Shown here: piece after piece, positions 26,761-35,482 of the stretch
Layout of the letters: each line of letters opens with the position of its first letter
Position numbering within the stretch: position 1 is the first letter of the stretch
Assembly (NCBI GenBank): GCA_009776955.1
Contig: WRMW01000002.1
Span: 187,154-251,153 of the forward strand
Reading direction: 5' to 3'
Origin: Clostridiales bacterium
Lineage (GTDB): Bacteria > Bacillota > Clostridia > Peptostreptococcales > Anaerovoracaceae
Length of the DNA stretch: 64,000 nucleotides
Notes under the pieces: generated by a model
Database searches by the model: none
What the model was told of the DNA's origin: nothing
The model's input: the letters and a program-made list of their open reading frames with translations, nothing else
Program-made: the position numbers and the translations under genes

Positions 26761-28502
26761 GATTATCAAAACTGCATTTCACGACATTTCGCGAGGCGCC
26801 GAGCGAGGCGGAGATCCCTAGCCACGTATGGCTTATCAGGGCGGGTATGATACGCAAGAGCGTGTCGGGCGTCTACAATTTTATGACCTTCGGGTGGCGG
26901 ACGGTACGCAAGATAGAGCAGATCGTACGCGAGGAGATGGATGCGGCGGGCGCGCAGGAGATAATCACATCGCCGATCCAGCCTGCGGAGCTTTGGCATG
27001 AGTCCGGCCGTTGGTCTGTGTACGGCCCAGAGCTTTGGCGTGTCAAGGACAGGCATGGGCGCGAGTTTGCGCTTGGGCCTACCGCTGAGGAAGTCTTTAC
27101 GGACATAGTGCGGAACGAGATAGATTCATATCGCCAGTTGCCGCGCAACCTTTACCAGATACAGCTGAAGTACCGGGATGAAGCGCGCCCGCGCTATGGG
27201 CTGATGAGAGGCCGCGAGTTCATAATGAAGGACGCCTACTCTTTTGACCGTGACGCGGATGGGCTGCACGAGAGCTATATGCTTATGCGGGCGGCATACG
27301 ACCGTGTATTCAAGCGGTGCGGGCTTGAGTTCCGGCCGGTGGCGGCGGATTCGGGGGCCATGGGCGGCAAGGACACCGAGGAGTTTGTGGCATTTGGCGA
27401 ATATGGCGAAAGCGAGATCGTCTATTGCGGCGCCTGCGACTATGCGGCGACGACCGAGCAGGCGGAGGGCGTGGATGCCGCCGTTTGCGAAGATGCGATG
27501 ATGGCGCTCGAAGAAAAGCATACGCCCGGCACCAAGACGATAGAGGCGGTTGCGGGATATCTCGACCTGCCCAAGGAGCAGACGCTTAAGGCGTTGCTTC
27601 TCGTGGTGAGGGACGAGGCGGAAAAGGACGGGGTGTACCCGATAAAGGAATATGTCTGCGTCTTTGTCCGCGGCGACCGCGAGCTGAACCTTATAAAACT
27701 AAGAAACGCGCTCGGAGGCGTCGGCGAGCATTTGATCGAGTTTGCCGACGAGGCGGAAATGGGCCTGTTGACAGGGAGCGTGGCGGGCTTCACGGGGCCT
27801 GTCGGCTTGCACGACTGCCGCATAATCACTGACAGCGAGATACCAGGCCTGAAGAACCTATGTGCAGGAGCGCTGAAAGAGGACTGTCATTATACAAATG
27901 TGAATTATGGGCGCGACTGGACGGCTGACGTCGTATGCGACCTCAAGCTCGTGGGAAGCGGCGACCCCTGCCCTGTCTGCGGCGGGACGCTTACGGCCGC
28001 CAAGGGCATAGAGGTCGGGCAGATTTTCAAGCTTGGCACGAAGTACAGCGAGGCGCAGGGCGCCACATACAAGGACGAAAACCAACAGGAGCGGCTTATA
28101 TTGATGGGCTCCTACGGCATCGGCGTGACGCGCACCATGGCGGCGGTCGTGGAGCAGCACCACGATGAAAACGGAATTATCTGGCCTATGTCCGTTGCTC
28201 CTGCCCATGTGATCGTCTGCTTGGTGCAGAGCGCGGGCGAGGAAGCCGTGCGTATGGCGGACGAGATTTACGAAGGGCTGCTTGCGGCGGGCGTCGAGGC
28301 CGTGATAGATGACCGCGACGAGCGCCCCGGCGTCAAGTTCAAGGATGCGGACATATGGGGGATACCGATTCGCATAACGGTAGGCAAGACGGCCGCCGAG
28401 GGGCTTGTCGAGTACAAGCGCAGGCATAGCAATGACGTTGAAGGGCTTGGCGGGGCCGAGGCCATAAGCCGCGCCATCCGTGAAGTGGGCGAGGAACGCT
28501 GA
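26757..28502 (+). CDS. proS: Proline--tRNA ligase (bacterial type with INS editing domain)
   Basis: N-terminus MRLSKL..T.REAP.EAE..SH..L.RAG. Class II motifs are present. The ATGA overlaps the ispDF stop. Confidence 0.95.
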   Translation: MRLSKLHFTTFREAPSEAEIPSHVWLIRAGMIRKSVSGVYNFMTFGWRTVRKIEQIVREEMDAAGAQEIITSPIQPAELWHESGRWSVYGPELWRVKDRHGREFALGPTAEEVFTDIVRNEIDSYRQLPRNLYQIQLKYRDEARPRYGLMRGREFIMKDAYSFDRDADGLHESYMLMRAAYDRVFKRCGLEFRPVAADSGAMGGKDTEEFVAFGEYGESEIVYCGACDYAATTEQAEGVDAAVCEDAMMALEEKHTPGTKTIEAVAGYLDLPKEQTLKALLLVVRDEAEKDGVYPIKEYVCVFVRGDRELNLIKLRNALGGVGEHLIEFADEAEMGLLTGSVAGFTGPVGLHDCRIITDSEIPGLKNLCAGALKEDCHYTNVNYGRDWTADVVCDLKLVGSGDPCPVCGGTLTAAKGIEVGQIFKLGTKYSEAQGATYKDENQQERLILMGSYGIGVTRTMAAVVEQHHDENGIIWPMSVAPAHVIVCLVQSAGEEAVRMADEIYEGLLAAGVEAVIDDRDERPGVKFKDADIWGIPIRITVGKTAAEGLVEYKRRHSNDVEGLGGAEAISRAIREVGEER

Positions 28503-28503
28503 T

Positions 28504-28956
28504 ATGTGGGCAGGCGGCGTACGTGTGGCGGTGTTCGACGATGAAGGCCGTGTGCTGCTTGTGCGGCATCACTACGATGACGAGGGCAGGGATGTCTGGA
28601 TGCTTCCGGGCGGAGCGATAGAGGATGGCGAGACGAGCCGTGACGCAGCCGTCCGCGAAGCTTTGGAAGAAACAGGCTTGGCAGTGGAGGTCGGACGCCT
28701 GATCTGGCACGTCGAGGAAGCGGGCGAGCGGGGTCAGAGGTTCGTAAATTTTTTTGAAGCCAAGGTGATAGGCGGCAGCCTGGAGCTCGGCAGGGATCCC
28801 GAACTCGGCGAGTCGCAGGTGCTGGATGGCATCTCATTTTTTTCGCGGGATGAGGTTGCGGAGATCGATCACCTCTACCCCGAGTATTTGCGGGATGAAC
28901 TTTGGGAAGATATCCAAGATGAAGAACGAAGAAATATATATAAAATAAGGGAATAA
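28504..28956 (+). CDS. NUDIX hydrolase
   Basis: Nudix box GGAIEDGETSRDAAVREALEETG. The ATG lies 1 nt after the proS stop. Confidence 0.8.
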   Translation: MWAGGVRVAVFDDEGRVLLVRHHYDDEGRDVWMLPGGAIEDGETSRDAAVREALEETGLAVEVGRLIWHVEEAGERGQRFVNFFEAKVIGGSLELGRDPELGESQVLDGISFFSRDEVAEIDHLYPEYLRDELWEDIQDEERRNIYKIRE

Positions 28957-29006
28957 ATCTCAAATTTTCACAAAGTGAAGCTTTTGTGAAACATTAATGA
29001 CATATA

Positions 29007-29036
29007 TTGACTCAAATAGTAATCTTACTGTAATAT
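29007..29036 (+). promoter_or_regulatory. Candidate sigma-A promoter ahead of the M23 peptidase-cysS transcription unit
   Basis: TTGACT (29007-29012), 18-nt spacer, TAATAT (29031-29036). Confidence 0.5.
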
Positions 29037-29078
29037 TTGATTGAAAGTGAGAGCCTATGTTTTAGGCAGGAAGGAAGA

Positions 29079-30743
29079 ATGTCAGGGAAGACTAGTATAT
29101 CACGAAAAATGCTTATCAGGCTGGAGATAACCGGCTATGTCATTTGGAAGTCAATAGTTTCGTTTGGCAAGAGCATTGTTACTACTTTTGCTCCGGCGGT
29201 CGATAGGCGCGCCGGCGGCAGCTTTTCATTTGCGGCTCGTACGGTCTTTGGTGTAGTGACGCTTGAAGGCCCGCGTCTTATGCTGATTTCGCGCTACCGT
29301 GCAGCCCGTATGGAGCGCAAGACGAAGGTAGGCCTTTCCGCAATAGGCGGAACGGCGGTTGCCGCGATTGTGGTGGCGACGGTGCTGATAGGTTCGCAGC
29401 TTATTGCGGTGATGGTGGACGGCAGGATTGTTGGCTATGTTGAGAACGAGGAGCAATATGCCTCTCTCTTGCAGCAGGCGAGAGAAAGGATTTCCGAGCA
29501 GGTAGGCACAGAAAGCTCAGAAATAGTCATCCAGGACACCATTGTTTCGCTTGAGCCTGTCATCGCACCGCAACAGCAGCCGTTGACGACGGTGCCGGAA
29601 CCGCAGGCCGATGGGTCTGTAAGCGACGCAGAGCCCGGCGGCGAAGAGTCCCTTATGGATGCCATCATCGACTTGTTGATTGATGATGATGCAGTCAAGG
29701 CTACACTCTATACCATCATAATCAACGGGAAGGAGATGGCAACGCTCAGTACCATGGTAGAGGCGAGCGATGTGCTCAAGGCAATCGTGGACTACTATAT
29801 GCCTGTGGACGGTGAGTACACTGGAGAGTTCATGGACGATGTCGTTATAGAGGGGATCAAGGCTGAACTCAACAACATCAACACCCAAAACCCTGAGGAC
29901 GTCATAGACTTCCTGCTTGCCGGCGAAACGGAGGAGAGGCTTTATGTCGCCACGGAGGACGACAGCGCCGAGAGCATCGCGGAAGCGCTGGGGATTGGCG
30001 AGCATGCTCTCAGAGCTGCTTATCCTGATTACAATTTCCTGATTATAGAAGATGGCGACGTGTTCACGATCACGGTGAACAACCCCTATATAAACTACTC
30101 GATTGAAGGCCATGAGATTGTGACCGAAACCATCGAGTATGAAACGATTGAAGAAGATTCCCCCGAACTCTTCCTTGGGCAGAGGGAAACAAAAGAGGAG
30201 GGTGAAGAAGGGGAACGCTTGGTGACGTATTTCGTGACATGGGTCAATGGCGAAATCGCTTCAAAGGTCGAGGCGGAGTCTGAGGTCATAAGAGAACCCA
30301 AGCCCGAGGTGGTGTTCGTCGGCACTCAAATGGTGCGTGGCGAGGCGTATGTCGGTCCCAGCGATGGGTGGGGCGGCGGAGGCGATGGGCCGCTCGGAAG
30401 GCCGCTTAACAGCTGGTATCTCAGCCGTAGCATTGGCGGCGGGCACTTTGGGGCGGACATGCTTGCACCTCGTGGCACCCCGATTTTCGCTGCGGCGCAC
30501 GGGACGGTCAGTTTCTCAGGCTGGTACGGAGGCTACGGCAACCTCGTCATACTCGACCACGGCAACGGGCTTCAGACATATTATGCGCATTGCGATACGC
30601 TTAATGTGTCGGTAGGGCAGACCGTTGAACGAGGCCAGCAGATTGCCACAGTTGGCACAACGGGTCGTTCTACAGCCTACCATCTGCATTTTGAGGTCAG
30701 AATCAACGGATCGGTGCAAGATCCTCTGCAATGGATTAGTTGA
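29079..30743 (+). CDS. Membrane-anchored M23-family metallopeptidase with G5-like and LysM-like segments
   Basis: M23 motifs HFGADM (HxxxD) and HLHFEV (HxH). G5-like segment ETKEEGEEGERLVTYFVTWVNGE...VFVGT. RBS GGAAGGA precedes ATG 29079. Confidence 0.85.
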   Translation: MSGKTSISRKMLIRLEITGYVIWKSIVSFGKSIVTTFAPAVDRRAGGSFSFAARTVFGVVTLEGPRLMLISRYRAARMERKTKVGLSAIGGTAVAAIVVATVLIGSQLIAVMVDGRIVGYVENEEQYASLLQQARERISEQVGTESSEIVIQDTIVSLEPVIAPQQQPLTTVPEPQADGSVSDAEPGGEESLMDAIIDLLIDDDAVKATLYTIIINGKEMATLSTMVEASDVLKAIVDYYMPVDGEYTGEFMDDVVIEGIKAELNNINTQNPEDVIDFLLAGETEERLYVATEDDSAESIAEALGIGEHALRAAYPDYNFLIIEDGDVFTITVNNPYINYSIEGHEIVTETIEYETIEEDSPELFLGQRETKEEGEEGERLVTYFVTWVNGEIASKVEAESEVIREPKPEVVFVGTQMVRGEAYVGPSDGWGGGGDGPLGRPLNSWYLSRSIGGGHFGADMLAPRGTPIFAAAHGTVSFSGWYGGYGNLVILDHGNGLQTYYAHCDTLNVSVGQTVERGQQIATVGTTGRSTAYHLHFEVRINGSVQDPLQWIS

Positions 30744-32143
30744 GAATATATAATACTCTAACAAGGCAAAAGGAAGAGTTTGTCCCGCAAGAGACAGGCG
30801 AGATAAGGGTCTATGTCTGCGGGCCTACCGTTTACAATTATTTTCATATAGGCAACGCAAGGCCTTTCGTGGTCTTTGACACCTTTCGTCGGTATCTCGA
30901 GTACAGGGGGAGGCGGGTCGTCTATGTGCAGAACTTTACGGATGTTGACGACAAGATCCTCGCACGTGCACGCGAGGAAGGCGTGTCGCCGTTTGAGGTG
31001 GGCGAAAAATATATAGCGGAGTATTTTAAAGACGCGGAAGCGCTTGGGGTGCGAAAGGCGTCATATCATCCGAGGGTCACGGAGAACATTCCAGAGATAA
31101 TTGCATTTGTGGAAGCCTTGATAGACAAGGGCTATGCATATGTGCAGGGCGGGGATGTCTACTATGATACGGGGGCATACGAGGGATACGGCAAGCTTTC
31201 CGGCCAAGACTTGAGCGAGCTAAGGGCGGGCGCACGTATAGATATTGACGAACGCAAGAAGAACCCATTGGATTTCGCGTTGTGGAAAAGCGCAAAAGAA
31301 GGCGAGGACATGCACTGGGAGAGTCCGTGGGGGAGAGGTCGCCCAGGCTGGCATATCGAGTGCAGCGCGATGGCGAAGAAGTTTCTTGGCGATACTATAG
31401 ATGTCCACGCGGGAGGCCAGGACCTTGTCTTCCCCCACCATGAAAATGAGGTGGCACAGTCGGAGGCGGCAAACGGAACTACATTCTCAAACTACTGGAT
31501 GCATAATGGCTATATCACAATATCGGGAGAGAAGATGGCCAAGTCCAAGGGCAACTTCTTTACGGTGCGTGATATTTTGAATGAGTATGACGGTGAGGCC
31601 ATTCGGTATTTTCTGCTTGCAGGCCACTACCGAAGCCCTGTCGATTTCAGCCGTGAGCTGATGGGCCAGGCTAAAAGCGCGCTTGCCCGCATGCGCAATG
31701 CCAAGGAAAGCCTTGAGCATCTTGTCGCCAAATCAGAGATGGCGTTCTCGGATGACGAGCGTGAGGCTTTGGAAGGACTCGGCACGCATAAGGAAAAGTT
31801 TATCCGCTCCATGGACGACGACCTGAATACTGCAGATGCTATTGCTGCCATCTTTGAATTGATTGCAGACATCAACAAGCATGTGCGTGAGGGGGCATCC
31901 AAGAGATATGCAGATGGCGCAAGGGCTTTGCTTCTTGAGCTTGCGAATGTGCTCGGGTTGCTTGAGGAGCACGAGGATTCCATGGATGGGGAAGACGCGG
32001 GGCTTGCGAAGTTGATAGAGGAGCGTGGCAAGGCACGGGCGGATAAAGACTGGGCAAGAGCCGATGAAATCAGGGACATATTGAAGGCGAAGGGCATCGT
32101 CTTGAAGGATACGCCGCAGGGCGTCCAGATTATCAGGGAGTAG
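30740..32143 (+). CDS. cysS: Cysteine--tRNA ligase
   Basis: N-terminus MRIYNTLT, HIGN (HIGH) motif and KMAKS (KMSKS) motif. The TTG start overlaps the upstream stop as TTGA. Confidence 0.95.
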   Translation: MRIYNTLTRQKEEFVPQETGEIRVYVCGPTVYNYFHIGNARPFVVFDTFRRYLEYRGRRVVYVQNFTDVDDKILARAREEGVSPFEVGEKYIAEYFKDAEALGVRKASYHPRVTENIPEIIAFVEALIDKGYAYVQGGDVYYDTGAYEGYGKLSGQDLSELRAGARIDIDERKKNPLDFALWKSAKEGEDMHWESPWGRGRPGWHIECSAMAKKFLGDTIDVHAGGQDLVFPHHENEVAQSEAANGTTFSNYWMHNGYITISGEKMAKSKGNFFTVRDILNEYDGEAIRYFLLAGHYRSPVDFSRELMGQAKSALARMRNAKESLEHLVAKSEMAFSDDEREALEGLGTHKEKFIRSMDDDLNTADAIAAIFELIADINKHVREGASKRYADGARALLLELANVLGLLEEHEDSMDGEDAGLAKLIEERGKARADKDWARADEIRDILKAKGIVLKDTPQGVQIIRE

Positions 32144-32145
32144 AA

Positions 32146-32526
32146 TTGAATACAGTTACGCTTGCATTTTTGGGCGACGCGTTCTTTGAGCTTTCAGTGC
32201 GCCGTAGGCTGGCCGAAAGCGGTTCTGTGCTTGCTGCTGACAGGCTTCATCGTACGGCGGTGAGGTATGTGAAGGCATCGTCGCAGGCGGCTGCGATACG
32301 CAGCATTATGTCACGTGAGGAGTTGTCAGAGGATGAGCTTGATGTGGTGCGCAGAGCCCGCAACCGCAAGCCCAAAAGCGTGCCGAAAAATACAGACCCG
32401 GTGGACTATAAGCTTGCGACTGGGTTTGAGGCGCTTATTGGCCAGCACTATATCGCCGGCAACACGGGCAGGGCGGAAGAGCTGGTAGGGATGGCAATGG
32501 GTATCATAGATGGATCGGAAGGATAG
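32146..32526 (+). CDS. mrnC: Mini-ribonuclease III (MrnC)
   Basis: LAFLGDAFFEL motif, 126 aa, in the conserved position after cysS. Confidence 0.85.
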   Translation: MNTVTLAFLGDAFFELSVRRRLAESGSVLAADRLHRTAVRYVKASSQAAAIRSIMSREELSEDELDVVRRARNRKPKSVPKNTDPVDYKLATGFEALIGQHYIAGNTGRAEELVGMAMGIIDGSEG

Positions 32527-33295
32527 CCGGGACAGGACAATGACGGGAAAAGATATGGAGTCAGCGAAAATAGTCTACGGACGCAATGCAGTGACGGAAG
32601 CGATACGGGCAGGTACAGGCGTCGAAAAGCTTATAATGCAAAAAAACATCGAGGGCGAGGGAAAGAAGCTTTTTTCGCTTGCGAAAAGGGCCAGGATTCC
32701 CGTGCAGATCGTTCCTAAGTTTGTGTTGGACAAAGAGAGCGGAGGCGGTGCGCATCAGGGCGTGGCTGCGATTGTCGCGGACTATCAGTATTCGGACATC
32801 GACGCTATTTTTGCTGAGGCAGCGAAGCGGGGCGAGCCTCCTTTTATTGTCGTGCTGGACGGGATCGAGGATCCCCAGAACCTTGGAGCCATTATCCGCT
32901 CTGCCGAGGGAGCAGGCGTACATGGCGTGCTTATCCCAAAGCATAGAGCGGCTTCGGTGAACGCTACTGTTATGAAGACATCGGCGGGGGCGGCGGCACA
33001 CATAAAAGTGGCAAAGGTGCCAGGCATAAAAGCGGCGCTTGACGAACTGAAGGAGAAAGGGCTTTGGATTTACGGGCTTGATATGGGAGGCGCATCATAC
33101 CGCGAAATTGATTTCAGTGGCGGGCTATGTTTGGTTGTAGGCTCCGAAGGGCAGGGGATGAGCCGCCTTGTGCGGGAGACATGCGATTTTCTGGTTTCCA
33201 TACCTATGCGTGGAAGCATAGGCTCGCTCAACGCTTCTGCGGCATCGGCCATCGTGATGTTTGAGGTGTCGGTGAAATGGCGAAGTCAAGGCTAG
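32510..33295 (+). CDS. rlmB: 23S rRNA (guanosine-2'-O-)-methyltransferase RlmB (SpoU/TrmH family)
   Basis: VYGRNAV.EA, LDGI.DPQNLGAI.RSA and GSEG.G motifs. The start may be at an internal Met (32540 or 32555). Confidence 0.88.
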   Translation: MDRKDSRDRTMTGKDMESAKIVYGRNAVTEAIRAGTGVEKLIMQKNIEGEGKKLFSLAKRARIPVQIVPKFVLDKESGGGAHQGVAAIVADYQYSDIDAIFAEAAKRGEPPFIVVLDGIEDPQNLGAIIRSAEGAGVHGVLIPKHRAASVNATVMKTSAGAAAHIKVAKVPGIKAALDELKEKGLWIYGLDMGGASYREIDFSGGLCLVVGSEGQGMSRLVRETCDFLVSIPMRGSIGSLNASAASAIVMFEVSVKWRSQG

Positions 33296-33843
33296 ACAGA
33301 TTTGCCATTCTTGCAAAGGGCGGTGACGAGGATGCTTTGCGCCTTGTCTATGAGGAGAGCAGGGATATGCTCAGGAGCAAGGCAAACCTCTACTTTATGG
33401 TCGGTGCCGACAGGGACGATGTAATTCAGGAAGGGATGATTGGACTGCTCTATGCAGTGCGCACCTTTGACCCTGATGCGGGGGCATCCTTCAAGACCTT
33501 TGCCGAGCTTTGCGTCAAGCGGCGGATTATCAACGCTTTAAAAATGGCCGGCCGCAAGAAGCATATGCCACTGAATGAGTCCGTTTCAATAGAGACCGCA
33601 CTGGGTACCCGGGACGAAAAGGCGGATCCCGAGGAAATAGTATTGCTTGCGGATTTGCTCGCTTTTGTCGAAAGCAACGCGCCGATGCTGTTTTCTGGAA
33701 TGGAACGTGCGGTTTGGGATGCCTATTCGCGGGGAGCCAGTGTTTCAGGGATTGCGGAAAAGCTTGAAAAGAGCCAGAAGTCCGTCGAGAATACGCTTAC
33801 ACGAATCAAAACTAAAATAGAAAGGCTAGTTTCGTTCTACTAA
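33277..33843 (+). CDS. sigH: RNA polymerase sigma factor SigH-like
   Basis: GADRDDVIQEGMIGLLYAVRTFD....SFKTFAELC..R.I....K...RKKH.PLN closely parallels B. subtilis SigH. Synteny after rlmB also fits. Confidence 0.85.
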   Translation: MAKSRLDRFAILAKGGDEDALRLVYEESRDMLRSKANLYFMVGADRDDVIQEGMIGLLYAVRTFDPDAGASFKTFAELCVKRRIINALKMAGRKKHMPLNESVSIETALGTRDEKADPEEIVLLADLLAFVESNAPMLFSGMERAVWDAYSRGASVSGIAEKLEKSQKSVENTLTRIKTKIERLVSFY

Positions 33844-33867
33844 TTATGATAGAATGGTCAAAGCTTT

Positions 33868-33943
33868 GCTGCCCTAACTCAGTCGGTAGAGTACCTCCTT
33901 GGTAAGGAGGAAGTCGGCGGTTCGAGTCCGCTGGGCAGCTCCA
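33868..33943 (+). tRNA. tRNA-Thr (anticodon GGU), CCA encoded
   Basis: Manual cloverleaf: acceptor GCTGCCC/GGGCAGC, D-stem ACTC/GAGT, anticodon stem CCTCC/GGAGG with loop TTGGTAA, T-arm GGCGG-TTCGAGT-CCGCT, 76 nt in total. Confidence 0.9.
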
Positions 33944-33944
33944 T

Positions 33945-33967
33945 AACCCGCGATTGCGGGTTTTGTT
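33945..33967 (+). terminator. Rho-independent terminator after tRNA-Thr
   Basis: AACCCGC-gatt-GCGGGTT followed by TTGTT. Confidence 0.7.
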
Positions 33968-33978
33968 GAATAGAAGAG

Positions 33979-34635
33979 ATGAATATCAATGAGGAAAGCA
34001 CAAGGCTTATCAAGGAGCTAGAAGAAGAACTCTCCGATGACAGGATTGCGGAGATTTTTCGGCTGGACGAAGACAGAGCCGCTCACGTCAGCTCCAGAAA
34101 GGGCAGATTGACAGGCAGAACAGTCGTCAAGCGTCTGATTGTCCTTGCGGTTGTGTTCGTGTGTGTCGTCGTGACGCTTCAGTTTTTCGAGCCTATGGTC
34201 ATTATCGAACCATCCATGCGGGAAGCCATCATGCCGAAAGATTGCATCGTTCTGGCGACGCGAGCATATTCTTTTGGAGATATAGGGTACGGCGACATCG
34301 TAGTGCATGGCTCGGGCATCCAAGACGGGAGCGGAGGGGCTCTGAGTCTATGCGGACGCGTGATTGGGCTTCCTGGGGATGAGGTCGAAATCAGGGATGG
34401 AAGCGTTTTTCGCAATGGCGTACGGCTTTATGAACCCTATGTAATGGAAGGCGTAACAGATGGCAATATGGCTTTGTCGGTGGTGCCGGAGGGGCATTGT
34501 TTTCTGTTGGGGGATGCCCGTCAGAGCAGTGTCGACAGCAGAGACGGCAGGATTGGCTTCGTTCCCGTCGAGGAAATTATGGGGAAAGCGGTTTTCCGCA
34601 TCTTGCCCGTCAGCAAGGCTGGAAGAATTGAATAA
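33979..34635 (+). CDS. Signal peptidase I (S26) homolog lacking the catalytic lysine
   Basis: Single TM segment. The Ser box is PSM and Box E is GDARQSSVDSR. In Box D the expected K-R-[VI]-IGLPGD reads C-G-R-V-I-G-L-P-G-D (codon GGA at 34347-34349). Confidence 0.8.
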   Translation: MNINEESTRLIKELEEELSDDRIAEIFRLDEDRAAHVSSRKGRLTGRTVVKRLIVLAVVFVCVVVTLQFFEPMVIIEPSMREAIMPKDCIVLATRAYSFGDIGYGDIVVHGSGIQDGSGGALSLCGRVIGLPGDEVEIRDGSVFRNGVRLYEPYVMEGVTDGNMALSVVPEGHCFLLGDARQSSVDSRDGRIGFVPVEEIMGKAVFRILPVSKAGRIE

Positions 34636-34644
34636 CGATATTGT

Positions 34645-34673
34645 TTGACATAAGAGCGAAAAAGTAATAGATT
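34645..34673 (+). promoter_or_regulatory. Candidate promoter for the bactofilin operon
   Basis: TTGACA (34645-34650), 17-nt spacer, TAGATT (34668-34673). Confidence 0.45.
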
Positions 34674-34705
34674 ATAGGCGTGAGAGTTTGTCATGTTAAA
34701 ATTGA

Positions 34706-35482
34706 ATGGAGGCTAAGGCTATTGTGATAAATCTAAAAGATTTGCTTCGCAGCGGAAGACCCGAAGAAGGAACCCCTCAGACAGAGGATGTCAGTGTGGA
34801 AAACGTGCCTCCGGAGGGCGAGAGGCTGGTGCCGGATTTCACGGTCGCTGGCGACTACATAGAGGATGTGCATGAGGAGATCGCTGAGCACGCATATGCG
34901 CCAAGCGAAGCTTACACGCCGCCATATGAGCCAGAGCCAGAGCCTGAGGCAGAAGAGCCCGTGAGGGCTGTGACTCAGCCTGCTTGGCAGGGCGACCAAA
35001 GCGATGCCCCTTATGTGGAAGAAAGCGAAGAGGAAATCCCTATGGGAGTCTCCCTTATTTCCAGGGAGGCCACGGTGCTTGGCGATATCATAACGGAAGG
35101 CCATATCGATGTAGTAGGCAAAGTGCGCGGCAATGTGGAAGCAGAAGGCAATGTCGCCGTGCGCGGACTTGTGAGCGGCGATGTCTCGGGCGAGAAAATA
35201 GGGCTTTACCATTGCCGCGTAAAAGGCGACCTTAATGCCGGGACGGGCGTGGTCATAGATTCTGACTCGGTCGTCATCGGCGATGTTGACACGGACAATG
35301 TGGTGCTTGGCGGCAAGCTGAAGGGCGACATTAAAGCGACCAGGATGGCGGTGCTCAGAAGCGATGCCTATTTCATAGGCGATGTTGAGACGGAGTCCAT
35401 TGCTGTCGAATCCGGTGCGGTGGTCAACGGCAATATAAGGACGCTGATACAAGGAGACCTTGAAGCGCCCTTTGACGATTGA
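34706..35482 (+). CDS. Bactofilin-family cytoskeletal protein with a ~110-aa acidic, Pro-rich N-terminal region
   Basis: The C-terminal half is the typical beta-helical repeat pattern (G.I.G.V.G.V.A.G.V...G.V.G...). An alternative GTG start lies at 34724, downstream of a GGAGG. Confidence 0.85.
   Translation: MEAKAIVINLKDLLRSGRPEEGTPQTEDVSVENVPPEGERLVPDFTVAGDYIEDVHEEIAEHAYAPSEAYTPPYEPEPEPEAEEPVRAVTQPAWQGDQSDAPYVEESEEEIPMGVSLISREATVLGDIITEGHIDVVGKVRGNVEAEGNVAVRGLVSGDVSGEKIGLYHCRVKGDLNAGTGVVIDSDSVVIGDVDTDNVVLGGKLKGDIKATRMAVLRSDAYFIGDVETESIAVESGAVVNGNIRTLIQGDLEAPFDD

Noticed and set aside
33868-34700. tRNA-Thr as an integration hotspot (genomic island or prophage boundary).
   Set aside because: No integrase, no direct repeat of the tRNA 3' end and no compositional shift downstream. 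The flanking genes are ordinary chromosomal genes.
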